Assembly: GCA_043228905.1 (NCBI GenBank)
Contig: JBHGNT010000004.1
Location: forward strand, 12,214,001-12,278,000
From: Azolla caroliniana
Taxonomy: Eukaryota > Plantae > Polypodiophyta
Direction of reading: 5' to 3'
DNA length: 64,000 nt
Part shown: one piece after another, positions 39,536 through 50,398 of the stretch
Layout of the letters: every line of letters begins with the position of its first letter
Numbering within the stretch: the first letter of the stretch is position 1
Notes under the pieces: generated by a model
Databases searched by the model: none
The model's input: only the letters and a program-made list of their open reading frames with translations
Told to the model about the DNA's origin: nothing
Program-made: the position numbers and the translations under genes

Positions 39536-42202
39536 GGCCAAGCACACACCCGGATGAAAAGAGGGTAGGACCTCACAAAAAGGGAAAGAACCGCCTAGCT
39601 GGAAGTAGCAAGCAGAGACAGAGACCGGTGGAGTGACCAGTAAGGCCTCTTAGAATCAAGTTGCGCCCATAGGAACAAGAGCCGGACCCCTTGGCAACGA
39701 AGATCAATATCAGAACCCAAGAGGAAGAGGCAGAGGCTGACCCCATTGATAACCTCCTACATCGCCAGAAGCGTAGCCACGCGGAGCAGAAGGGGGACGA
39801 ATCGGGTCTCGTAAAGGACAAGACACCGACACCCCGTTCAGAGAGACCGGAACCAAGGAAGGAGGTGGAACCGGTTCAACTAGAACCGATGAAAGAGTTA
39901 CCTGTGCGGCAAGAAGCAACCGTGTCGGTGGTCCAAGAGTTGGTAATTGAATTGCCTAGCTCATCGGGGCAACAGGCACATCAAGTGGAGGAGTTGTCGC
40001 TACAATCAACATTCCAAAACGGGCTTCTGGTGAGAACAGAGGCCATGCCACAACCAGAACCGGCACGACAACAAGGCATCGACAGTCAATGGCTACAGTG
40101 GATCGGTGAGCAGGTGCTCGGGGTCGTGTGCCAATTAGAAATGGAGGAGAGAGCACAGGGGGATCGGTTGTTCGCCACAACCAAAGAACTTGAGAAGGCC
40201 CTTTCGAGGGTCCAGAGCATGGAAGAAGAAATTGTGTAGGCCAAACCAGAGGCGGTTAAGCAGGTCATAGAAGGACCAATACTACAAAAACCGGTGGCTC
40301 CGGTGAATGAACAGACCAATAAGAGGTCGGTAACTAAAATAGCGCCAGATACGAATAAGGCACAAGAACAAGAACTCATCACTTTCAGAGAGGAATTGGC
40401 AGCCCAAGAGGCCTTAAGGGCTAGAGAATGAGACCTGAAGAAGGCGGCCGAGGAAGAACAATGAAAAACGCGAGAGAACCTCCGAAAAGCCAAGGACAAT
40501 CTACGGAAGTGTCATCAAGCATATGACCGATCGAAGGATGAAAAAGAAAAGTTGTTGCAAGAAAAGGAAAAACTCCGGCGATCGGCGGAGGTCGAGATCG
40601 AATGGCTCCAAGAAGAACTCTGACAACAGAAGCACCGTGAGGATCGGGCCCGACGCCAAGTCAATCAAAGGCTGAAACAGAAAATGGAGGATTTTGACAA
40701 GTTGCATCGGGATCACAAGCACCTAGAGGCGGAACACACGAAACTGATGGCAGAAGGTGACCGACAACAAGAGAAGTTGTGGGAGCTCTCGGATGAAGTC
40801 AACAGGACGGTTGCGGCATTGGCGGAAGAAAGGACCAAGGGAGTCAAAGCGGCAAAGATGTTTGCAGAAGCAACAAAGGACAGAATGGAGCTTACCCAGC
40901 AACATCATGTGGAGATGGAACGAGCAAAGATGGTTCTGAATAGACTTCAGACGACTTATCAGACGCAATTTATGGAGTATTAGGGACAAGCTGAGGCAAC
41001 CACGGTCCTCATAAAGCAATTAAAGGATGAAAAGCAAGCCGTGGAGGATTAGTCAAAGATGGGACTTGGTCATATTCGAGACATTGTACTGACATGGAGG
41101 AACCGAACGAAGAGGTTAGTTGAAGAAAGTTCAGTACAGTGGTGGTCCAAATGGCCAACGCAGGCAGCCGAGTTGCAAGTCCTGCGAGCGGATGCGAAGA
41201 ACCAGAAAAAGGACGACGATAACTTCTACAAATTGGACGCGGAAAGTGTTGTGACCATATGGCAAGAGTTATCGGATGACTTCCTGTCCTTGACCGGAGA
41301 GCAACTGGTGGCGCTGGGCTGGCTGGTGGAACAACTGAATGACGACCAGTTGGATACCGAACTCCAGTTCGAGCGATACGAACTGGAACAGACATGGACA
41401 ATGGCGGCTAGAAGAATGGTGGCAATTAACATTAGTGACGAAGAGCAATCTCCGGAGTAGACGCCGAACGCAGCCGAAACCAGAGGGAGCCAACCAAATG
41501 TAGCTCAAGAGGAGCAGCCGAAGGTAGCCAACCCCGCCAGAGCTAGTGCAAGCCGGATGTTAGGAGCAGGAGGAGCCCAGAACAGATGAGCAAGAGGCGG
41601 AAGCCCGGAAGGGACTAGAGCCGGAAAGAAGGAGCAAGCCGGAGAGCAACAACAACAACAACCACCACAACAAACGGAGCAACTACCCGAAGAACGTCTA
41701 GAACCCTTGGACCAAAGCATTCTGGACATTTTGACAGACGATTGAAAAGGGCTAACCGTGGGTTCGACATACAATGTACTGTCCCACGGACATGCCATGT
41801 GTTGGCCGGCAAGACCAAAGGGCCTGTTAGAGTTCAGAATGTGAAAGGGGTATTTAATTAGGATAGGGAGTTGTAATTAATAAATATTATGTTATTTTGA
41901 GAAGCGGGCGGACGGACCGGAATCGGTATGCTGATTCGGATCCGGACCGGATAGTTGCCAGTTGCCGGTTGGCACTAGTTTGTAACTCATCCAGAGACCT
42001 ATAAAAGGACCTAGCAAGAATGTAATAAGGGACGGATAATTAATAGAAGCGTGGTTGGTTTTACATATTGTGAGTGTCTATTTGTTAGTAACCGGTTAAG
42101 ACCCATTCGACACCACGGTCCATCCGTATCTCACCGTACCACCCTTTGGTGAAGTGTTCCATAGGGACACCTGATGCAAGGGCTTGTCCAGCAAGGATAA
42201 CA
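39536..42202 (+). mobile_element. Arg-group 3' segment M (extra coiled-coil ORF plus 3' LTR 41800-42202); probably the distal part of J
   Basis: ORF pieces 39691-40239, 40684-40983, 41059-41460; LTR similar to the L LTRs. Confidence 0.85.
41758..41797 (+). promoter_or_regulatory. tRNA-3'-end mimic at the PPT position of M
   Basis: GTGGGTTCGACATACAATGTACTGTCCCACGGACATGCCA, TG, then LTR. Confidence 0.78.
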
Positions 42203-44211
42203 AGATTGAAGGAGTGTGCGTCACTTGGCAATTCGGCAAGCAACATCGGCACGCATTTCGGAAGGAGCGGAACGTGAGCAATGGCGTACTCGACATAATA
42301 CATTCCAATGTATGGGGTCAGGCTCAGACAGCTACATTCGGCGGATGCCGATAATACGTGGCCTTCATCGAAGACTTCTCCAGGCACACCTTGATCTACC
42401 CCATGTGGCAAACGAACAAAGTGTTCAAATAGTTCCAAAAATTTAAGAATGAAGTCGAGAAAGCCACGGGCCGACATGTACGATGTCTTTAGTTGGATGG
42501 GGGCAAGGAGTACTTCTGAGATGAATTTTCGGCTTTTCTACGGAAAGAAGGAATTCGGCGAGAGTTTTCGTGTTGACATACGCCACAATAAAATGGAGTT
42601 GTCGAACGAAAGAATCGGCACATCCTCAAAGTAGCACGGGCCATGATGAACGAAAAGCACCCGCCGAAGTCGTATTGGGCATAAGCAACTAACACGGTTG
42701 TATACCTCATGAATCAGTGTACGACATCAGGTGCGCACTAACTTACTCCGCACAAGAAATTTTTCAGAAAGAAGCCGGACCTATCATATTTTTGGATATT
42801 CGGCTCCATTGCGTACATGCACATCCCCGAAGTTGGAGAAATGTATCCTCGTAGGATACTCACTGGAGAAAAAGAGGTACTAGTGTTATAACCCCTCAAC
42901 TCGAAAATCGAGACGTCGAGACGTCGTTTTCGACGAGTCCACATCTTGGTACGCACCAGAGACAACTTCTACTCCGATTCCCCTTGATCCGGAATCTGTC
43001 AAAATAAAGATAGAAGCCAGAGATCGGCTCACACGCATGTTCGAAGGAAGCCCGATAACAACAAGGCTTATTGGGCCACTAGAGCCTCCGAGCGATCAAA
43101 GCACATCTCAGCCGAGTTCGAAGTTGGACAAAGGGAAGGCGAAAATACCGAAGTATGAGGACAATCACTTTGACGGCAATGAATAGACTCACTCCCTCGA
43201 TAGTGAGTTTGAAGGCCTTGACGTGTAGACAAATGGAGTGAAGAAAGCCTTAGTATCTGCAAATTAGAAGCTCCGTCAATCCACCTGTGAAAAGAACCCT
43301 GTAAGCTGATTCGGCTACAACGATTATATGGCGTACCACTACGCCTTTATGATGAAGGTAGCGACAGTATGGGAGCCGAAAACATTTTCCGAAGCCGCGA
43401 AGGACCCCAGATGGGTTGAAGCGATGAATGAGGAGATGCAAGCACTCTCCAAAAACAAGACATGGGATCTACAAGGTGAGGTATAATGTTGATGGCTCCA
43501 GAAACTGCAACAAAGCTAGACTCATAGCAAAATGATACGCACAGATGCATGGAGTCTACTGTTGGGAATATGTCCCTCCAGTGGAAGGAAGAGTCGATTG
43601 TTCAGAAAGCAGACTTTCGAAGAGTCGAAAACAGTGAGTCGACTTTTTGCGAATTCGACTATTATAATTATGGTAATAATAATGATGAATAGGTCTCTCC
43701 GGATGGGGGGAGAGAGAGGAGCTGAGTTGATGAGGGACTCGGCCGAGGCCAAAACCATAATCGTGTAAATAGCCGACTCGGGAGACTATATTTGTAAATA
43801 GTCTAAGTGTGCGCCCCATGAGGGCTACGTATGTAAATAGCCAGAAAGTTGTGTAAGTATATAGACAACTAGGGCAAACATTATGTGTGAGTAGTGTACA
43901 AAAGTTGTAGTGTGCAAGAGAGCGAGAGAGAGAGAGAAGTTTGAGCCGCACCATAGCTGTGTGAGTAACAGCAGACGCGAAGAGCCCTGTGCGGCTGATA
44001 CACTCGATAGAGTGTTGTATTCCTCTCGGTATTGTATATCCACTATCCATAGTGAAGAATCTGTTCACCCGTGGTTTTCTCCCGTTTTAGGGTTTCCACA
44101 TAAATCTCTGTGCACCCTTGTTTATCTTGTCTTTCTAGCATTTTCTGTAATTTGTATTTCAGCATTGTCTACTTATTGTGATTTATATTCCGCAACGATT
44201 TCTCAACAAAC

Positions 44212-44224
44212 TGGTATCAGAGCC
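44212..44224 (+). promoter_or_regulatory. PBS for tRNA-iMet
   Basis: TGGTATCAGAGCC, 3 nt after the LTR. Confidence 0.93.
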
Positions 44225-44319
44225 TGAGGTGGAAGCATGGAAGGACGTGTTAGCGGTGTCGTGAAGGATTTGCTTCACGATATAAAAATAAATTTAAATA
44301 TTATATTTAGTAATATTTC

Positions 44320-44514
44320 AAACACTTGAACCCACAACCTTATAAACCAAGCACAACGTATATACCACTAGGCTAGGCTATTTGTATTTAGAAATATTCT
44401 CAAGAATGTGCTTCACTATATAAGAATAAACCTAAATAGTGTATTAAGCAAAATTGAGGGACTTGAACCCTCAACCTTGTATACCAAGCACCAAGCATAC
44501 ACCACTAAGCTAGG
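44320..44514 (-). other. Two tandem tRNA-like Pol III modules in the LTR of P
   Basis: Minus strand TAGCTTAGTGG…GAGGG TTCAAGT CCCTC AATTTT (44514-44450) and TAGCCTAGTGG…GGGTTCAAGT (44378-44320). Confidence 0.7.
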
Positions 44515-45157
44515 TTACTTACTGTATTAAATGTCCATCATTATCCCATATATATTTTCATACATGGGAGCTTAGATGAGCATGATGGCTATCATGCATC
44601 ACATGTAACGCATGTGCGCCAAATGGTGATCATGCATCACATGCATTTCATGCATGCCATGCATGTTATGCACCCACACATTATCATTTGCATGAGAACA
44701 ACTATATAAAGAGGAAGAAGGGAAAACAAGGGAATCAATCAATCAAGAAGAGAAAGGTAGAACATAATTATTGAAATAAACAAGTTAGCTTCTTGGTGAA
44801 GAGGCTCGTGTTTCCAAGGGTTCAAATCAAGAATCGGTAGAGAAAGGGTTCATCTTGTTATAAAAGCATTGTAATGTTGGTAAAAACTTGTTTTCTTAAT
44901 ATAAATCATGTTCATATCTTATACTCTTTCTTCTTAAATCATACATTCTCTCTATCTTTTATCTATGCTCACCTCTCTCTCACACATTACTTTAAACTCT
45001 TATTCTTCTTATCCTTAATCTTCCTAACATTTGTGCGCAAAGCGTTATAAAAGTTTCGTCAACTCCCTTTAACCTTACTCCCTGCGACTTCGCCGCACGA
45101 ACCAGAACTACCCCGACACATTTGGTGAACCCGATGTGAAGGCGAAGTCAAGGAAAA

Positions 45158-46304
45158 ATGGAGGAGCAAATGAGGCTTATGTGTACAATGATGGAACGAA
45201 TGATGCGGGAGCAAGGCATGATGGCAAGTATTGACAAAACCGTCGACAATATTCTTGCACGAGTAGGAATCTTCGAAGGTATAAATTTAACAAGATTTCT
45301 AAAGATTTATAATGAAGAAATGCTTAAATGTGGTGTCGACGAAGCTGCCAAAATTAATAGCTTTAGTCGAGTCATTGCGATAGGGCTACAACAAAGGATT
45401 CCGGAGCTACAAAAGGAATATCAGACATGGGCATCTTTCGAAAGAGCATTGTTGAATGAATACAACCTTAACGATATGTCAAGGATGAAAAGGCGAGCTT
45501 TCATAGATTGGGTAGAGTCTAATAAGAATTTAAGTATTTTGGAAGTGTTAAAAGAGTTTTCAGAAAGATTTGAGCAATTAAATATTAGGGATAGAAATAT
45601 AATAATGCCAAATAAAGTAATATTGTTTTTACAAGCTACTAATATTAAAGACAGGAAGGATTTGGGAATGCTTCTAGAAGATCATAATTTCCCGAATGGA
45701 CTTACCGAAGATTGGGAGGAGGTGAAAAGGGCTTGCGCCCATTTCTATAAAAGAAAGTTGTGGTTTATGGAGTTACTGGAGAGAAATGAAGAAGAAACGA
45801 GGAACGAGCCGGGAGGAAAGAAAGTAGAAGAGTCACTCTTGCATGAGTTGGTGAAAGGCATGAAAGACTTGTCAATCAAAGTGACGAAGCTAGAATCGGG
45901 ACAAAGCTCAACTTCATCAAGGCAAGGAGGTGGAATGGTCCGAAGGTGTATGTGGTGTGATAGTGTCCACCACCAAAAGAAAGATTGTGAAGAACATAGG
46001 GATTCTCTTAATCATAATAAAATCTACTATCAAGATGGCAAGATTCACTCAACAGAGACTCGACAACCACTTCAACTCAACTTCAGGCAAGGTGGAATGA
46101 AAAAGCTAATGAAAGATGCTAAGATAAAAACAATTCATGCAATACAATCTGTGACAACCTTAGGGTTACGAGTAGAAAACTCATATGGTGGATCTAGCTT
46201 TTGGCAAGATGTGATGGAGTATGAAAGAAAAGGGAAGGTTCGAGGGGATGAATTAAAAAGATCGGGTGATGAAATACGAAACTTCACTGGATGGAATGAT
46301 ATAG
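45158..46304 (+). CDS. gag: Gag of element P (uninterrupted ~380 codons, 3'-truncated)
   Basis: GIFEGINLTRFLKIYNEEM; knuckle CMWCDSVHHQKKDC; GGMKK motif shared with D and H. Confidence 0.85.
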
Positions 46305-46344
46305 TCCCTACGACTTCGCCGCACGAACCACAACTACCCCGACA

Positions 46345-49300
46345 ACGGTTTCCTAGGTATGATAGTTTTGAACTCACAGAACTATGCAGACTGGAGGATA
46401 AAGATGGAAGACCTTTTCATAGTTAAAGACCTGTACGAGCCAGTCGACAAAGCAGAAATACCCAGGGGGGTATTGGAGTCGGATTGGAAGCTTCTAAATA
46501 GGAAGGTGGTGGCCACAATCCGACAATGTGTCGATGTAAGTGTTCTTCAGCATGTGGCGAACGACACGAATGCCCACGAGATGTGGCAGAAGCTGTCGGG
46601 TCTTTACTAGAGGAAGAACGTGCTAAACAAAACCTCACTAATGAGAAACATCATACGGCTGAAATACAGTGATGATGAGAGCATCATCGAACACATCAAC
46701 ACATTTATGGGGTATGTAAATCAACTTGTTGCGACCAAGTTTCCCCTGGATGATGCAATGCAGGCCATCCTACTGATGTGTACGCTGCTGGAAAGTTGGG
46801 AGAACCTAGTGGTTACACTCAACACCTCCTGTCAAGAAGAGAACTTGTCTTTACAGATGGTGAAGACAAGCATCCTAAATGAGGAGGCAAGGAGTAAAGA
46901 CAAAGGATTCCTGTCCCAAACGGAGTCAAATTTGACTCAAAATATGGATAGAGGAAGGGACCGGCGAAGAAGAAGTCCGCAACAAACTGACAAATCCCAC
47001 GCCAGATTGAGGTCCAAAGGTAAGCCTGTGTGCTTTTATTGTGGAAAACCTGGACACTTCCAGAAGGACTGCCGACACATGAAGAAAGACAAGAGTATCG
47101 GAAACAATGTCGAACCCTAGAAGATTCCGGATTACAAGAACACTTCGGCCATTGGTACGAGCAATGAGGAACTTCTGTTCATCTGTGAACAGACAAGTGC
47201 AAATCTTGCAAGCAAAGAGTGCACTTGGGTAATCGACTCCGGCGCATCCTTTCACATTACTCCATCGAGAGAGTACTTCTCGACTTACATAGCCGGGGAT
47301 CATGGCCATGTAAAGATGGGTGATAGTGGAGAGTGCAAGATAACCGGAGTCGGAAGTGTGTGCTTAACAACGTCGACAAGGTGTCAACTAACATTGAAGG
47401 ATGTTCGACACGTCCCCGATATCAGATTGAATCTGATATCGACTGGAAGGCTTGATGACGAAGGCTACAGTGGTAGCTTTCGAAATGGCAAATGGAAATT
47501 TTGCCGAGGAAATCTCATAGTGGCCCGAGCACAGAAAGAAGGCACATTGTACATGATGCATGCTCGACTGTGCAAATCGGAAGTAAACGTGGCAGCCGAC
47601 TCGGCATGGGAGATATGGCATAAGAGGCTAGACCACATGAGTGAGAAGGGAATGCACTTGTTAGCAGACCAGAAACTTCTACCGGAATTCAAGGGAGTGC
47701 ACCTGGAGAAGTGCGTCGACTGCTTAGCCGGAAAGCAGAACAGGGTGGCATTCCATTCAAGACCACCGAGGAGAAGAGAAGCTGCACTAGAACTAGTGCA
47801 CACGGATTTGTGCTATGTGGATGCTCTATCGCATCAAGGAGGACAGTACTTTGTAACGTTTATCAACGACTATAGTTGGAAGACATGGGCCTTTGTACTA
47901 AAGTCGAAGGATCAACTACTGTCATTTTTCAAGGAGTTCCAGGCAAGAACTGAAAGAGATTCAGGTCAGAAACTGAAGGTTATCCGAACCGACAATGGTG
48001 GCGAATACAAAGGGCAGTTCGAAGAATACTGCAAGTGCCAAGGTATTCGAATCGAATACAAAGTACCAAAGACCCCAGAGTTGAATGGGCTTGCAGAGAG
48101 GATGAATCAAACAATCATGGAGAGAGTAAGGAGCATGCTCTCCCATGCGAAACTGCCGAAATCCTATTGGGTTGAGGCAATGTACACGACTGTTTATTTG
48201 ATCAACAGGTCTATCTCAGTGCCATTAAAGGGTGATATCCCACAAAGGGTGTAGACAGGGAAGGATGTATCTTACCAACACCTGAGGGTGTTCGGATGTT
48301 TAGGGTATATGCATGTACCAAAGGATCAGAGGTCAAAGCTCGACAGCAAGTCGAAAGCATGCATATTCATGGCATACTCGGAAGATGAATTCGGCTACAG
48401 GCTATGGGACCTAGTCGACAAGAAGGTAGTGAGAAATCGGGATGTAGTCTTTCTTGAAGACAAGACACTTGAAGACTGGAAGCAACAGAAGTCGGAACCG
48501 ACTCCCCAGTCAACCTCGACTACCATCGACTTAAGGCCACGTGAGTCGTCACCGACAACTCTAAGGAGACAGTTGGCCGACTGAGCCGAATCCGAGTCGA
48601 TTGACTCGGAAAGACCGACAGACTATGAGTCAGAGTCGGCAGATCTGCTAAAATCAATTGAGGAATATGAGTTGGAGTTTTCCAACCTGGAGATGCCGAT
48701 TGATGAGCAGAATCCCGACAGAGACATCCGAAATAGAGCCAACAATGAGTGGAAGAAGATACCCACTCAGAGAAAGGAAGACACCGACTACATATGCGAG
48801 TCAATACATCCTCTTGACTGATGACGGTGAACCGGAGTGCTATGAAGAAGACATTGCTGACGAGAGCAGAGAAAAATGGCTAAACGCGATGCAAGAGGAG
48901 ATGGAATCCTTGCATGCGAATTACACCTACGACCTAGTAGAGCTGTCGAAAGGTAAGAGAGCATTCAGGAATAAATGGGTCTACAAGGTCAAGGCCGGAG
49001 AAGTCGACAGCAAGCTCAGGTATAAAGCTCACATAGTGGTGAAGGGTTTCCAACAGAGGAAGGGTGTCGACTTTGACGAAATATTCGCACCAGTCGTGAA
49101 GATGACATCCATATGAACTGTTATGAGCATAGCGGCCAGCATGGATCTGGAGATCAAACAGCTGGATGTCAAAACTGCATTTCTGCATGGGGAGTTGGAC
49201 GAAGAAATCTACATGCAGCAACCCGAAGGCTTTGAGGAGAAAGGGAAAGAGAATCTGGTGTGTCGACTGAGGAAAAGCTTGTACAAACTGAAACAAGATC

Positions 49301-50398
49301 CACGCCAATGGTACAAGAAATTCGAGCCCTTCATGATGGAACATCAGTTCCAGAAAACACAGGCCAATCACTGTGTGTTCGTCAAAAGGTACAAGGAAAG
49401 AGATTTCTTGATTCTCTTGCTATATGTTGATGATATGTTGATAGTTGGTCAAGACACAAGGAAGATTGGAAGCTTGAAGAAAGCTCTCGGCAAATCATTT
49501 TTCCATGAAAGACCTTGGACCGGCAAAGCAAATCCTAGGAATGCACATAACCCGAGACAAAGCTCGGAAGGTGCTATGGTTGTCACAACAGAAGTATGTG
49601 ACGAAGATCCTAGAGAGGTTCAACATGTCGAATGCAAAGTCAGTCGGCTCCGTGTTGCCGACAAATTGCAGATTGAATGTGAAGCAGTGTCCGAGAGGGC
49701 AGAAGGAAAAGGCTGAGATGAAGAAGGTACCATATGCCTTAGTAGTCGGCAGTCTAATGTATGCTATGGTATGTACGAGACCGGAAATAGCATTTGATGT
49801 GGGAGCAGTAAGCCGATATATGAGTAATCCAGGGAGAGAACACTGGGCAATAGTGAAATGGATACTCAGGTACTTAAAGGGCACCTCGGGAGTATGCCTA
49901 AGGTATGGTGTCAGAAAACCTGTGTTGGAAGGTTTTACCGATTTGGACATGTCAGGAGATGTCGACTCGAGCCGATCCACATCAGGGTACGTGATGACCT
50001 ATGCAAGGGAAGTAGTGTCATGGCAGTCATGACTACAGAAGTCTGTAGCCTTGTCGACTACAGAGGCAGAGTATATGGTAACGGTAGAAGCCGGAAAAGA
50101 GCTGATCTTGATGAGAAATTTTCTCACCGAACTAGGCATGAAGCCAAAGTTCTTGCTTCACTATGATAGCCAAAGTGCCATACACCTAGCCAAGAACGCG
50201 ACATACCACTCTCAGACCAAGCACATACAGAGAAGGTATCATTGGTTACGGGAGAGAGTCGAAGATGGAGAGTTTGCTCTTGTGAAGATCCATACTGACG
50301 ACAATGGATCCGACATGCTGACGAAGAACCTACCTATGCACAGACTCAGAATCTGTCGACAGAATACAGGACTGACAAATCTCCTCCCACAGGAGTGA
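46345..50398 (+). pseudogene. pol: gag-pol polyprotein of Copia O
   Basis: CFYCGKPGHFQKDC; WVIDSGASFH; VHTDLC..RTDNGGEY; YVDDMLI; FTDLDMSGD; several stops and frameshifts. Confidence 0.93.

Larger units (their letters stand above)
44257..46344 (+). mobile_element. Trp-group Gypsy P: 5' LTR (44257-45118), PBS, gag, then only the last ~40 bp of the 3' LTR
   Basis: PBS TGGTGAACCCGATGTG at 45123; 46305-46344 repeats the LTR end; TSD GCGG/ACGG; inserted about 7 codons into O gag. Confidence 0.92.
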
